A DNA stretch of 64,000 nt from Takakia lepidozioides (lineage: Eukaryota > Plantae > Bryophyta). A program made the translations under genes and the position numbers. Within the stretch, counting starts at the first letter, position 1. Each line of letters begins with the position of its first letter. This document shows positions 23,414 to 37,730 of this stretch, in pieces. The stretch spans positions 3,038,001 through 3,102,000 of the forward strand of contig CM060733.1 of the NCBI GenBank assembly GCA_030704615.1. Direction: 5' to 3'. The notes under the pieces are model-generated. The model worked only from the letters and a program-made list of their open reading frames with translations. It searched no databases and was not told the origin of the DNA.

Positions 23414-24001
23414 TTTGGCGACCATACTGGGGAACTGGGTCATGAACAACCAGATGTGACAGGCATCTGGTGGGATCATGGTGGTTGGAGAATTAAAGAA
23501 TTTGATGTGAATCAAATTCCTTGTGAAACTGAGAAGGAAAGATTATCCAAACCATTCTTTCAGAGGTTCTTGGAATTGCCAGACGATTGTAAAGAAAACA
23601 TTCTTAAGAGAGTGCATGATGCTGACCCTGAATGGGGTCTAGAGAAAGGAGTGATAAAGATTTATCAGGTGGCCTGTAGAGGAAGAGCACGTTGGTTACC
23701 AACACTGGTTTATGTGATAGCATTGCTATCCATTAAGCGAGTAGAGTTTGAAGGCTGGGAGGAAAGAAAGGTGAATGTTTATACTCATATGCATGAAGAG
23801 CTTGTACTGGTAAAGAATTGGATTCCAAAGGATATTTTGTGGATCAAACTCACACCAAGAACAACTTTCCAGACTTGTTTGCCATATGGTTATATGGTAA
23901 CGGAGACTTCTAGTATAGCCAAGGGTGCTTTGAAGCTAGAAAGAAACCCAGGCATATACGAGAGATATTACAGAAGAGAGTTTTGGTTATTGCCACATTA
24001 A
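23306..24001 (+). CDS. ORF0 of E2 (231 aa)
   Basis: Near-identical to 6112-6807. Confidence 0.6.
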   Translation: MTDCSERAECLEISNSSILEFLPRIAKGWVSKSRVTFGDHTGELGHEQPDVTGIWWDHGGWRIKEFDVNQIPCETEKERLSKPFFQRFLELPDDCKENILKRVHDADPEWGLEKGVIKIYQVACRGRARWLPTLVYVIALLSIKRVEFEGWEERKVNVYTHMHEELVLVKNWIPKDILWIKLTPRTTFQTCLPYGYMVTETSSIAKGALKLERNPGIYERYYRREFWLLPH

Positions 24002-24016
24002 AAGAAATGAAAGACA

Positions 24017-27000
24017 TTGGACATGAATGATGAAAGAGAAGCTAGACGCCAGAGATATTCAGCAAAAAGAGAAAGCTATCTGAAAGCGAATTATCCATAT
24101 ATTTGGGAGAGAGGAATAGACATAGGGGAATCATCTGGACCTCTCACACCATTAAGATCAGAGAGTACATCACCCATACCGGAAGAACTAGAGTTGGATG
24201 CCACTCCTTCTCTTTCTTTGCAAGAAAGATTAAGGGAATTGGTACGGGAAGAAGATCAATCACCACGTGAAAGATCTGAGGTACATCCCTGGATAAAAGA
24301 TTTGACAGAAATCTTTGATAAGAGTTGGCATGGAACACCAAAAGCAGGAACTCCAGTTTCTGAAGCGGAAGGTGAAGAAGGAGGAGAGGATGTGGCAGAG
24401 CCAACGGAGAGTTCAGACTCTCCAACACCATTGCAGTTGAGTTACATGAGTGAAGAAGAAACCCAAGGGCAGAACTTGGAGGATGAAGACAGAGAGAAGA
24501 AATTGGAAGAGAAAGAGTATGAAGAAGTAGACCCAACAGCTGAGGTTGAGACTACAACCAGGACATCCCAACCCGTTGGACCTGGATCAAGTGGAGGACC
24601 TGGATCAAGTGGAGCACTTGGATCACAAGCCAACGAAGGTGTCGGCTCCGGGGGATCAGGCGGGCTGCCTGGATCTGGCTTTGGGGGGACAGGGACTGTG
24701 GGAAGTAGTGCAACTGAAGCTGGGAATACTGTGAATATCGTGGGGCCAGAAGCAGGGAGTGCTCAAGGGCCACTACTTGGTGGAAGATCCACCACAACAA
24801 CAACAGGTCCAGAAGGACTAGCACCAGCAAGGGTGCCAGCACCTATCAGTGGGCAGAAGGTAGGGCCACAGATGGCGTTACAACCAACACGGGCAAAACC
24901 ACATTTTCCAATATATTCAGGAAAAGGGGATCCCGATGTACACATTAGCCAATTTGAGCACATGTGTATAGTGAACAATGAGAATGGCGATGATGCCAAG
25001 ATGAGATTGTTTCCTTGTTCACTTATCAAGAAAGCAAGTGAATGGTATGCAAGATTCCCTGATAATCATTTCCTAACCTGGAATGGCTTGAATACAGCAT
25101 TCCGAAATAGGTTCAGGACAAGTAAAAATGAGGATGAAGTGTATGGAAGTTTACAACAGTTAAAGCAAAAGAAGCATGAAACTGTTGAGGAGTATATGGA
25201 AAAGATGGAATTGATGATGAAAAAGTTGGCTGCAGTACCAGCACCAGGTTTACAGAAGACTTGGTTTGTGAGTGGACTAAGACCAGAGTTGCAAAAGAAA
25301 GTGGATATGTTACCCCATAATACAGTGGAGGAGGCATTTGAAACTGCAAACAGAATTGAGCAATTGGGAATGCTCAGGAGAGAGAAAATGGATGATGAGG
25401 ACTCTGAGGATGAGTCAGATGAAAAAGAAGAGCAAGAACTAAAAAGGAAGAGTAAGAGAAAGGAGAAGTTGAAGAGGGATAACTATGAGAAAAGATTGGA
25501 AGAAATCTTGAAGAAGTATGCCACAGAGGCTGCAACACATTGGAGGAAGGGTGTATGGTGTGCAAAGTGCCAGAATGAAGGCCATACCACCACAGAATGC
25601 CACATGAAGGAGAAACACTGTACTATCTGTAAAATGGATAACCATTCTACTGAGAATTGTTACTACAACAGAAGGACAGCTGCAAGAGAACCTAGGCAAG
25701 TAAGGGTGCATCAGGTGCAGCCCCAGCCAAGAAGAAACAATGATCAGGACCACTATGGTAGGTCTGGTGGTTATAACAATGGCATGGAAGGGAGAGGTAA
25801 TTCAAGAGGAAATTACCAAGGAAATTCCAGAGGCAACTATCAGGGTAATCCAAGGGGGAATTACCAGCCCGGGAATCAGGATTACAGAAATAATCCAAGA
25901 ACAGACCAAGGGCGAGGACCCAATGGTGAAGAACTATGTTACTATTGTAATCAGCCAGGACATCGCAAGGCAGCCTGTTCATTCTGGATTAGACACCAAA
26001 ATGAGATGAGAGCTCCTGTGAATGAGGGCCCAGTGGTGGCAGCTCACATGGTTAGGCCATGTGTTGTACCAGAAAGTACAATGATAGTAACAAGAAGCAA
26101 AGCCAAACTAATACCTCCAGTAGTTGAGGAAAAGGATGATAATGAAGGTGGCAGTGATATGCCTGAAGATGATGAGGCTTGGAGAGATGAGAAGGAACTG
26201 CACAAGGAAGTGGCAGATACCATAAGGGAAATGCAGAAGAGTACTGATATTCCTGTGGCAGATTCCTCTGATTCTGATGGAGAAGAAGAAGTGAGTGAGG
26301 ATGAAAGGAAGAAAGAAGATGCAGACATGCAAAATAATGAAGGGACTTTGGCTGAAGTAATATGCCAGACCAAAACAGAGATTACCATTGGACAGCTATT
26401 GGCTGTGGCACCTTATTGTAGACACAGGCTGTATCAAGCAATCAATCGAATTGCCCAGGAGACAGGAAACACAGACCTGAACAGCAATGTGACCAGTTAT
26501 AATGTGAAGCCGGAAGGGCGAGAAACAGTCATGGACTTTGATGATTCTATGCCAGTAATCCAATTGAGAATTGGAAGCACAAACTAACTGATGTACTGAT
26601 AGATGGAGGCTCAGGAGTAAATATCATGACAGACCAATTAAGAAAGAAGCTTGGTCTAAGTAACATGAAACCAGCCCCATTTACAGTAACAATGGCAGAT
26701 CAAAGAAGTGTACAGCCATTGGGATTAATAAGAGGAGTTAAGATACAGATACAGAAGATGATCTTTATGATCACAGTAACTGTGTTGAAGATGGATGAAG
26801 TCATGGAGGCTTACTCCTTATTATTGGGACGTCCGTGGCTGAAACAGGCCAGGGTATTCCATGACTGGAATTCTCAGTTACTAACCGTGCATAATGGGAT
26901 ACACGAGATACAAATTACCACAAAGAAATCTAGTAGATTACCTGCTACGAGAAGACCTCGAGGGGTCAGAGAGTATGACTGGAGAGGAGGACTGGATGAG

Positions 27001-30000
27001 GAGCAGGAAGCTACCCTATTTGCTGCACACCCAGAGTGGGAGCAGGTTGCAGAGATGCGGCTGGAAGGCCTAAGTTGTTTAAGGGGTATCTGCTGTGGTG
27101 TAGTGTCAACAACACCGATTGAAGAGGAAACCAGCAGTTACCCATCACATTTCTATGAAGAAAAAGAAGGAGAAATGGAAATCCTAGAGGAACCAGCCAC
27201 TGTGAGTTTACAGGATGAAGTGGTGACTGGTTGGACAATCACAGCTGATGAGCAAGTGAGGGAAGTGAATGGGGAACTAAAGAGGAACCGAGGATGGTGA
27301 AGGTAGGAGCTGATTTGGAGCCAGAATTCTTTGAAGAAGCTAAGAGTTTGTTCATCAAATACAGAGATGTATTTGCTTGGAGCTATGAGGATTTAAAAGG
27401 GATACCACCTGAAATCTGTCAGCATAAGATTGAACTGGAACCAGGGTCAGTACCAATCAAGCAGGCAAGGTACAGAATGAATCCCAACTACGCACAGAAG
27501 GTTGGAGAAGAGATCAAGAAGTTGGCTGAGGCTAAGTTTATATACCCAATAGAGTATACAACTTGGTTGTCACCCATTGTGATAGTTCCCAAGAAGAATG
27601 GTAAACTAAGAGTTTGTGTGAACTACAAGAAGCTGAATGCTTGTACGAAGAAAGATCCTTTCCCTTTGCCATTCACAGAAGCAGTATTAGACACTGTGGC
27701 AGGCCATGAGATGTACTCATTCATGGATGGCTTCAGTGGTTATAATCAAGTGCAAGTGGCAGAAGAAGACCAAGGAAAAACAGCTTTCATCACAGACTGG
27801 GGTGCTTATGCATACAAAGTCATGCCCTTTGGACTTTGTAATGCACCAGCGACCTTTCAGAGAGTGATAAGTGAATCTTTTCATGAGTATCTGGATGATT
27901 TCATGCAGGTATTCTTGGATGATTTCAGTGTGTACAGCTCTAAGAATGAGCACTTGCATAAATTGGAGTTATGTCTGGCCAGATGCAGGATGAGAGGTCT
28001 GGGCCTGAATCCAGAGAAGTGTACTTTCTGTGTGAACTCAGGGGTGCTTCTGGGACACATTGTGTGTAAGAGGGGACTTCTTGTGGATCCCAGGAAAACA
28101 GAGGCCATTAAAGCCTCTCCACCACCAGTGAATGTTAAGAGTCTAAGGAGATTCCTTGGACAAACCAGCTATTACAGAAGATTTGTCAGACGGTATGCAC
28201 AGATAGCAGCACCATTGAGCAAACTTCTGAAGAAAGATGCAGTGTTTGCATGGACACCTGAATGTCAACAGGCTTTTGAGGAACTTACATTGTCAGTAAC
28301 AACTACACCTGTGCTGTAGGAAATATTTCATGTTCACTGTGATGCTTCTGGAGAAGCACTAGGAGCAGTGTTAGCCCAAAATGTAACAGGAAGGATAGAT
28401 TCACCTGTGTACTATGCTAGCCGATTGATGAACAATGCCGAAAGAAATTATAGCACAACGGAAAGAGAAGCATTGGCAATGATCTATGCAGTGAAGAAAT
28501 TCAGGCATTACCTGTTGGGCAAGAAGTTTATGTTCTATGTGGATCACCAGGCTCTGATATACCTGGTAAACAAACCTCTGATAAGCGGAAGAATAGCAAG
28601 ATGGTTGATAATCTTGCACGAGTTTGAGTTCGAGGTTGTTTACAAGCCTGGGAGACTGCATCTTGTGGCGGATCACTTGTCACGGTTATCAACAGGAGAA
28701 CCAGCCACAGGAGTAGATGATCAATTACCAGATGCGAGTCTATTTGCAGTGGAGGTGCAGGGAAGTGCAGATGACTGGTTAGATTGGCAGTGGCCAATCA
28801 GATACTACCTTGCTCATGGTCAGTGCCCACCAAGTTATGGAAAGGAGCAGAGAAAGAGAATTGCTATCAAGGCTCTACCTTACACTATGGTAGGGAGCAG
28901 AATGTATAAGCTAGGACCAGATGGAGTGCTGAAGCGATGCTTATACCACCATGAAGTTAATAAAGTTTTGGAGGAAGTTCATAAAGGAGTGGCAGGAGGT
29001 CATTTTGGAGAAGAGACTACCAGCAGGAAAATACTACATGCAGGTTACTGGTGGCCTACTTTGTTCAAAGATGTACACAAGTATTGTCAGAGTTGTGATG
29101 AATGTCAGAGGCTAGGACCTTTGCAGAGATCTGGAAAATGGCTTTGCATCCTACAATGCCTACGGAACCATTTCAGAAATGGGGACTAGACTTTGTTGGA
29201 CCAATTAACCCACCAGCCAAGAATACACAGAACAGGTACATAATTACAGCCACTGATTATACTACGAAGTGGGTGGAAGCTAAAGCTTTGAGGGACAACA
29301 CAGCCAAGTCCACAGCAAGGTTTCTGTATGAGAACATACTTACACGATTTGGCTGTCCCTTGGAATTTATCAGTGATCAGGGAAGTCACTTCATTAATGA
29401 GACCATTGAATTATTGACTAAAGAGTTCATGATTGTGCATAGAAAGAGTACAACATATTACCCACAGGGTAATGGGCAGGCAGAGGCTACCAACAAAATA
29501 CTATGTACTATCTTGGCTAAGATAGTCAATGCAAACAGAACGGATTGGGATACAAAGCTGCTGACAGCTTTGTGGTCATACAGGACTTCATATAAAGTCA
29601 CCACTAAGTATACACCATTCCAATTAGTTTATGGTATGGAAGCTTTACTTCCAGTGGAATTCCTGTTACCTACCATGAGAACGGAATGGGGAAAGAGAAT
29701 GGAATTGCAAGATTCCATTAAGGTCAGGAAACATGAATTATACCATGTGGAAGAAGTACGTGCTGATGCAGCTGATAATATGACCAGAATTCAGATGAAG
29801 AGGAAGGAACAGTTTGATGAAGGCAAGTTAAAGACTTTTAAGACGGGAGATTTGGTTCTATGGTTGCAGAAGAAGGGAAAGATTAAAGCTTCTAAGCTTA
29901 AATCACCATGGAAAGGACCTTATGTCATACAAAAGATGTATGATAACAACACCGCCATGTTACAAACCATTAACAAAGAAATGCTGGGAAGAGTCAATGC

Positions 30001-31084
30001 CAATAAGTTGAAGGGGTACAGTGGTATCCATGACAAACCATTGCAGCATGATTTGCATGTTGAAACGCAAAGGCAGTCACGGGCTGCGCCAGTGTTACCA
30101 ACGGAATATGGAGCACTTGTCGCTAGGCCGAGCATATATGACCGGGGCGGGCAGAACAAGCGCGACACAGCCTATCACAGCCCATCAAGGCGCGACACAG
30201 CCTATCACAGCCCATCAAGGCACGACACAGCCTATCACAGCCCATCAAGGCGCGACACAGCATATCACAACCTACCACAGCGTGTCACAGCCTATCACAG
30301 CTTACCACAGTGTATCACAGCCTATCACGGCATACCACAGTATGACACAGCCTGTCACAGCTTAACACAGCCTACTAGGGTTACACAATCCATAGAATCA
30401 GTGACAGGTGGACGCAGGATAACTTCAGGGAAATGGCCGGCGGAAGAAAGGACGGAAGCCAGTTTAGAAAGGGACACGTGGAAGTCAGGGCGCAACACAC
30501 AGCTGAGAAGGAAGTGCAAGAACAGATGTCATCAAGAAAGAGGACAAGAATGGCCGTCAAAATACCTAATCAGCGCGTCAATTTGGATGAATGGCGGGCC
30601 CATTAATGAATACAGAAAAGGGGCAACAGAACAAACGGCAAGTACAGAAAAGCGAAATTCTTGTCACATGTGTTATCCTAGTGGACAGTCCAGCAGGGAA
30701 AGTCCACTAAAGAAAATTAAATCTAAAATCCAGTCACAGCGGTTACAGCCAATCGAAAGCCAGAGAAGGGATCAAGAAATTGGAGGGAAATTAAGCGCAA
30801 GAGTCGGCGTCGTTCTAAGTAACGGGCGTCTCGACGGGACAAACCATCAATGCTATAGCTTTGAAGCTATGGAGGAACTAACAGACTATACGCTCGCAAT
30901 ATTACTTACGCAGTGGCATAGGGACGAAAGAACAGAACGGATCTTTTCTCTTGATCGATGCTTGCAAGCCCCGCAGGCTTACAAGAAATTACCCATAGCT
31001 TTTTGTGGCAACCATACGTTTATGCTTTGTGCACTACAGGCATTTCTTCAATTGTTACAGCCAAAACATTTCTGTGGGTCTAGA
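24017..31084 (+). pseudogene. gag-pol: E2 gag-pol plus linker; frameshifts and a deletion/stop at ~28317
   Basis: Same motifs as E1. Gag intact 24017-26580. Lesion gtgctgTAGgaaatatttca replaces INPHWHVV. Confidence 0.92.
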
Positions 31085-34000
31085 ATGAAGAGAGTGAGAG
31101 GAATGGAAGAAATCAGGGTGAAGAGCACCACAATCCTGCAGAAACAAACGATTGCTACTCCACAGGCGGTGAAGTTACTGAAGAGCTGCGATTGGAAGGA
31201 TTGCAAAGCAAAGATTGGACATTGCACCATAGACAGTACATGTTACAATTCTTGCAGAACTTTGAGCCAAGGACAGGAGCAACAACGGTGAAGGGAGTTG
31301 AATTAGTAATTACTCCCCTATACCTACAGCAATTGTTTCGATTGCCAGCAGGTCAGGTGCATGTGGAGGAGCACAGGGCAAGACTGCAAATAGGGGACTT
31401 ATTCCAAGAAGGGAGTTTCTTTAAAACTCAGGGTTATGCTTGTACCAAGGCCGTGTACCCAGGGCTAAGAGAGGTAGGCCAGGTATTGAACGTTCTGTTT
31501 GCCATGAAACAGAACCAACAGTATTTGAGCAGATCCTTCACAGAAGAAATACTCAAAGCCCTGAGAGGAGAAGAGGTAGAATGGGCGGACATAATGTACA
31601 ACGCACTGGTAGAGGAGATGAAAAGATTACAGGGTACTGCCGCAAAGTCTCCTATCATAGTGTCTGGCCCAATCATTGCTCAAATAATTCTTGATTCTGG
31701 CATACTTGATGCGCGAGAAAGAAAGGAGATGGGAGTGTTTGAGCCAGAAACCACTGCAATGGAAGAGCAAGGCTCTTCACACAGTGAGGGTGGACTGGCA
31801 GGGCAACCCGAGACTAAGAGACAGAGGCGGGGAAAGACTGTAGTGGCGGATCCACTGGCTTCACGGAATCCGCATGATAATGTTTCCCAAGCTCTTGTGC
31901 AGGAAGGGGCACAGCAGCACAGAGAACTGCTATTACTGGAAGCAGGACCTTCAGAGAGGGAAGAGGAAGTTACTTCAGTATCACAGCCATCACAGCCAGA
32001 TGATCGGCTTGTCACAAAGTTACCACAAGTTGTCCATGCAGTTCAACCAGAAATAATTGATTTAGAAAAAGAAGGGTTAGATATTCCCACTACAGAACAG
32101 GTGGTGGCAGAAATTGAGAAGGGGGACCTTCTCTATGAATATTCTGGTATGGTCAAGGACACAGTGATTCCGGAGGTGCAACGGTTGTCCAGGGGAAACC
32201 CTGCGGCGCATATAATACACACACCTGTGACGGAGGTACCACAGGTAGAATGTCAAGACACTGCAGCACCAGTGACGGATGAGTGGTTCAGGAAGAAAAT
32301 CTGGTGGGGCAATGGCCTGAGTGGTTCGTAAGGCATCACACTGTTGAGGATCAGGGAGAACAGCAGCAAGCTCACCAAGATGACCCTCAACAGGCGATGC
32401 TTATGAGTTCCATAAACAGGACACTTAATTTGTTGGGTACTTATGTCAAATCCCATGTTCCCACTACTCAATTGGCAGCTTTGAGGGAGGAACTCAGGAA
32501 GGAGTTTGAGGCTCGACTTGCCACAGAGTGTGCAAACAAGGTCGATGAAGAGGTCACTCTCAAGATGCAGCAAGACTTGGAGAGTACAGAAGCGGCTTTG
32601 CAATTGGCCAAGGAACAATTGATTGAGGCAGGCCTCGCGCAAGACCAGTTGCACGAAGCACATAAGCAACAGCTATACCAAATGCAAGTGAAGCATGAAA
32701 GCAAGTTGCAACAAGTGAATGCACTACATACGGAGTTGCAGACAGTGCATGACAGGATGGCCATCCAATGTGCTACACTCACAACTATGCTTGACCAATC
32801 TACAATAGAAATAAACAGTCAAGCGGAAAGATGTACGAAGGCAGAGGCAGAAAATGTTGAGCAAGTGAAACTCATTGTCGATATGAAGAATACAATCTGT
32901 CGCAATGAGGATACTTTCAAGCAATACAGGCAGGTTGAAGCTGACCAAGAGAGCACATCCTGGAGTTGCAACAAACAATCATGGCCAATAGAAATGAAAT
33001 CTCTGTCACTAACAAGGCTTGGAAGGAAGCCAATAATCTGCTTGCTGCCTATGCGAATTTGGTTGAACCTCATGCGAAGCGCATGGAGGCTTTACAACAG
33101 CAGTTAGATATGTACAAACTCAGAGAGGAGCAGACTCTCAACTTGGTGGATAACCACCTTATGCAGGTCTGGTTAGCACAAGGGCCAGTGGAGGGCAAAG
33201 CACCACGAAAGCTCACCCAAAGCGAGATGAATGAGCTCAGACTGCAAGTGCAGAACATTGCCACAACTACTATAGACAATGTCTATAGTAGGATAGCGGA
33301 GTTACAGGAGGATGTAGACGGCCTGCAGACTCAAGTGGAGGACCTCACTTCAAATATCGACAACAGAGTCTGTGTACCTGAGGAACAGCTAATGGCTTCT
33401 TATTTAAAAGCGAGAACTTTGGCTTTTCAGTCTTCTTCACAGGAGGTGCAGGAGATGCCAATGGTACAAGAGCCAGTGCCACCAACACCACAACAAGTCA
33501 CTGTGCCAGTAGCTGACCCTGTTGTTACTACAGCCACACCACAGCCACCACAGCCTGAGGTATGGGGAAATGCTGCTTTTAACCCACCTAAAACTCCAGC
33601 TGCAAGGGAGTACAGTAGGGCTATGATTATGCCCTTCAACCAAATTCCCATTGTGTTGGATTTGGTTTGGAAAGAATTTAGTCCTCCGCAGTCATTGGCA
33701 CATTACTATCAAATCATGCGCATTTGGCTGCCAGTGGCAACTAGAACTAAGGTTCTTCCAAACAATCGACCCATTGAGGATCATCACTTTGCGCAGTACT
33801 GGCATGAGGCAGGTACCATGTTGAAGGAATTAATTGCCTTCCAAGTTGTACATGGATTCATTTATACCAAGACCAAGGAGGTAGCAAGTATTGTCATGGG
33901 CTGTGGGGTATACTACGCTGCTTGTTTTCTGGTACGTTATCACATTGAGCAGCACAAGATGCAATCGCGCTTTCTGAGTTATTCCAGTGGGGATCATTGG

Positions 34001-34606
34001 GTCTTACCTTCAGTGCCACCTCATATGTACCTATATGAGGCAAAAGTTATGATGCAAAAGGATTCTCAAATTCGTTCATGGTTTCATGCGGCCTGGAACA
34101 ATTTGTCAACACAGAAATTCGGCCCTGACGATATTTTCTTTAAGGGACATGAGGATGGAAATACTTGCACAATTCACAAGTCATTGGTACCCCACTCACC
34201 TGGACAGACAAAGGAGCTCAGGGTCTTCACCAATTTTGCCATTCAGCGTTTACAGCAAGTTTTAAAATATAAACTTCCAGACATGGTAGGACAACATTGT
34301 ATGCCCCAGAGGATTCCACAAAAAGTTCGACAATTAAAACACCTGAGAGGCGATGAGGATTCTGATACAACTGTTTCTTCAGCGGACTACTATGCAATTC
34401 AGATGGCAGAGAAGAAGCGACGAGGGTCTCCTATGCCTGAAGGATTACCTCGATATCAGCCTCCAGAGGGCCTCACATATCCAGGTAGTGTTCAATCATC
34501 TCCGTCAACCAGTGACAGACCTCGGGCTCATACACAGAGTCCTTCACGAGACTCTCAACGTCAGAAAGGTGCTCGCTCACAAAGGTTTGCTAATCCCAAT
34601 CAGTAA
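31085..34606 (+). pseudogene. E2 ORF3 (frameshifted)
   Basis: MKRVRGMEEIRVK... homologous to E1 ORF3 across several frames. Confidence 0.85.
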
Positions 34607-34626
34607 ACCGTGAGGACAAGGGGTAA

Positions 34627-35520
34627 TGTTAGAGGACTGTCTGGGACTTAGACACTTATACGGGATCTGTGGGGTACCCTTAATTTTTGCACAGACTGAG
34701 ACCAACAGGAGCCTTAGGGGTGACAGCAGCGCACTTTAGAGGGGGGTTACACAGCCCGTCACAGTCAACACAGCCGACACAGCCAGACACAGTCAACACA
34801 GCTCGTCACAGCCCGACACAGCCAGACACAGCCGTCACAGTCAGTCACAGCTTGACACAGTCGACACAGCCCAACACAGTCGCACAGCCAGTCACAGCTT
34901 GACACAGCTGTCACGACCATAGGGAACGGATAGCAGGACAGGGAACGACTGTGGGGAACAACATCTGCGAATGGAACATGTTAGTACACGGATGACGACG
35001 GTTAGTGAGGGAAACGGTTAGAACAACGGGTAGGAAGATAAAGCCAGGAGCGAGGATAGGAGGAGGATCACTTCTTGGGGAATTCTGGGAGAAGGAGGGA
35101 GAGCACAGAGTAGGAGGAGGGCGATCTGTTGATGCTTAATGAATGCAAGCAGTAGAGTTGTAATGTAGAGCAGATTAGAGACTCCATGGCTTCAGCCTGA
35201 TACTCGATAGATATTAATCTGATACATACTTCATACTCACACTGTGTAGAGAGATCTGAGTGAAGCTGTGGAATGAATGGATGAGTTGATGGGATCCGAT
35301 AGATTGCTGAAGCAAACTGATACTTAATTACCAACAGTAAGGTAACTAGCTAACATGAATGTGAGAAGGAAAACAAATAGGAAACACCCCCATGATACAC
35401 TAGCTGTAGGTCATGACTGATTGTTCTGAGCGGGCTGAGTGCTTAGAGATTTCCAACTCTTCTATCTTGGAGTTTCCACCTCGGATAGCGAAGGGATGGG
35501 TGAGCAAAAGCCGCGTGACA
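34627..35520 (+). repeat. E2 3' LTR (894 bp)
   Basis: TGTTAGAGG...CGCGTGACA followed by the TSD. Confidence 0.93.
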
Positions 35521-36779
35521 ACCACAAACCAGTCCAACTTGGGCCAGATGAAGTAGATTCCATATCATTTGTATTCACCTTGAGACATGTGATCATACAA
35601 GGTATCAAGGGAATATGAATGCAGCCTGTCAGATTGCAGGTTCAAGACTTGTACCAACAAACAACATGAACAGCCGAGATCCATCCTCTTTTGTATAAAA
35701 AACAGATGGCATATCCAAAACAATAGGTAGGATTCCATTGCAGCTTACCATCCTCATCCTTCAAGAGTTCCATGCTAAAACATGCAAAGAACACCTTACT
35801 ATGATCCAGTACACATCAGAAGTAGGCCTGACAAGAGCAGGGCAGTACCCTACCAGGCTGCCGCCTTAAACTTCAAGGCCATCAGATCCATAGTTACCCA
35901 AAACCGCCAAAAATATACCACCAAAAACCAGATCCTCTTTGGCCAAAATAACTTACAACCTAGCTTAGTAATCCACAGGCTGTGCTGTCAAAGATTAAAA
36001 GGTAGGGTATAGTTTGTATGCAAGCCTCAGGAAACAAGCCCGTCAGGCCGAGCTGCGCATCGGCGGCAGAACGACAAAGGCTAGAATGCAAGCTGGAGCA
36101 TATCAAGTCAAGGGCAGTTGGGTTGAAATCGAGGCTACAGCTAGCAGCCACCTCACAACGCGCACAACCCTAGGTCTCCTCAGCCCATATCCCAATCTGC
36201 ATGCTCAAGAAACTTCAAAGTAGGTGAGGATCCTCACCTGGTCCCATCACAAGCCCCCACAAAAACCAACAGGTTAGTGAGGATTGTGGAACCCCAGGTG
36301 AATCACAGACCCTCACACTTGTCATCGATGTCAACTAAGAAATTCAAAAGCAAGAGAAAGAGATAAGAACATGAGAATCCCTAAACTCCAAAGGCACCTT
36401 AAGCGATAAGGGAAGAGGGTTATGCGCCATCACCACCCGCAGCAAGCCGCCTCCACAAAGCACATAAGCAATGAAGCAAAGCAGGCACAATCGTAAGGCA
36501 CTAGAAAGGAGGGAGAGAACTTCCCATCATAAGCATCATTGCTAAGCACAGAAAAAGCCAGAGGAGGGAAGATGCCACTGCTTTCATAGCGGTGTTTCCC
36601 GCTGCAAGAGAGACAAGGCACCGCCTTCGCACCCCCCCCAGGCGCTCGTCCAGCATGAGTACGACATCACAAACAGGGCAGCCACCGAAGCACGCCCGCC
36701 ATAACACTCTCCTCGCGAGCTCAGAAGCACATCGTGTGCTTCTGATAGCAGGAGAGACGACAAAGGGTTGTCCCCCGAT

Positions 36780-37730
36780 TATTCATCCGTGGATGAAAAA
36801 CAGCAGGACGAATCCATGTACCCTGACGGATTGCATCCGCAGCAAGGTTAAAAATAGGTTTTGGGGTAGGGGTTAGGGTTTCCACCGTAATTAATCATAA
36901 TTAGGAGTAGAATATCATCCGTGGCAGCGCCTTACCTCCATCTAGGTAATTCTATCATTCCTTACCAGACCATCCGGTATGGATAAAAAGAGTCAATAAA
37001 AGAGGAATGAAAAATTATCACCTTGGTCATTTTTCATCCGGTACGGATGGAAAAACATGATGCTGTTGGCAACCTCCATAGAGGTAATTTTTTTCTTCCA
37101 AGGTGACTCATCCGGTATGGATGAGAGTCAATAGAGGATGAATGAAAAGGCCAAAAGAGCCATCCTAGAGGTAATTCAGTGTCCATACTGGTGGCTCATC
37201 CGGTATGGATGAAAAAACCTGATAGAGGATGAGAAAACAAAGAATCAACACTGATAGCAACTTGCCAATTCCCAGTAGAGAGGGAGACAGAGGGAGAGAG
37301 GGGGCAACAAAGAAAAAACAAAAAGGTGGGGGGGGGGGAGTGACTGAGCAGTTGCTACTCAGTCACTCCCCCCCCCCCCCCCCACCTTCCTTTTTTTCTT
37401 TTTGTTTCCTGATCTCTCCCTCTCTCCCTCTCCCTCTATACAAGGAACTTGCTTGTATTTTTTCCAAAACCCAGGAAGACTTGGACTATTTCTGTCTAAA
37501 CCACATTTTAAATCTCATCCGTACTGGATGTAATCATGAAAATGGATGAATTCCATTAAAGAATATTCTCTGATAGCCGGGTTCTTTGGATGATTTTGGT
37601 CATGAGAACTAACCCTAATGAAAGCCAGACCCTACTTTGGATGCCATCCCTACTAGATGACATCATGATGAAATCAGGGAAGTTTTTTACATCTCATTAC
37701 CTATTTTTCATCTAATTTGGATGAAATCGC
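36780..37730. repeat. Cluster of TCATCC-N(2-5)-GGATGA palindromes around a fold-back (37278-37437)
   Basis: tcatccggtatggatga at ~37108 and ~37196, variants at 36783, 36971, 37035, 37516; central gagtgactgag-cagttgcta-ctcagtcactc with G-run/C-run arms. Confidence 0.75.

Larger units (their letters stand above)
22529..35520 (+). mobile_element. Full-length Ty3/gypsy copy E2 (same family as E1, different LTR subtype)
   Basis: TSD ACCAC (22524-22528 and 35521-35525); LTRs 22529-23413 and 34627-35520; PBS 23416-23433. Confidence 0.96.

Noticed and set aside
36863-36882. Telomere-like gggtaggggttagggttt
   Set aside because: Only one or two units; too short to support.
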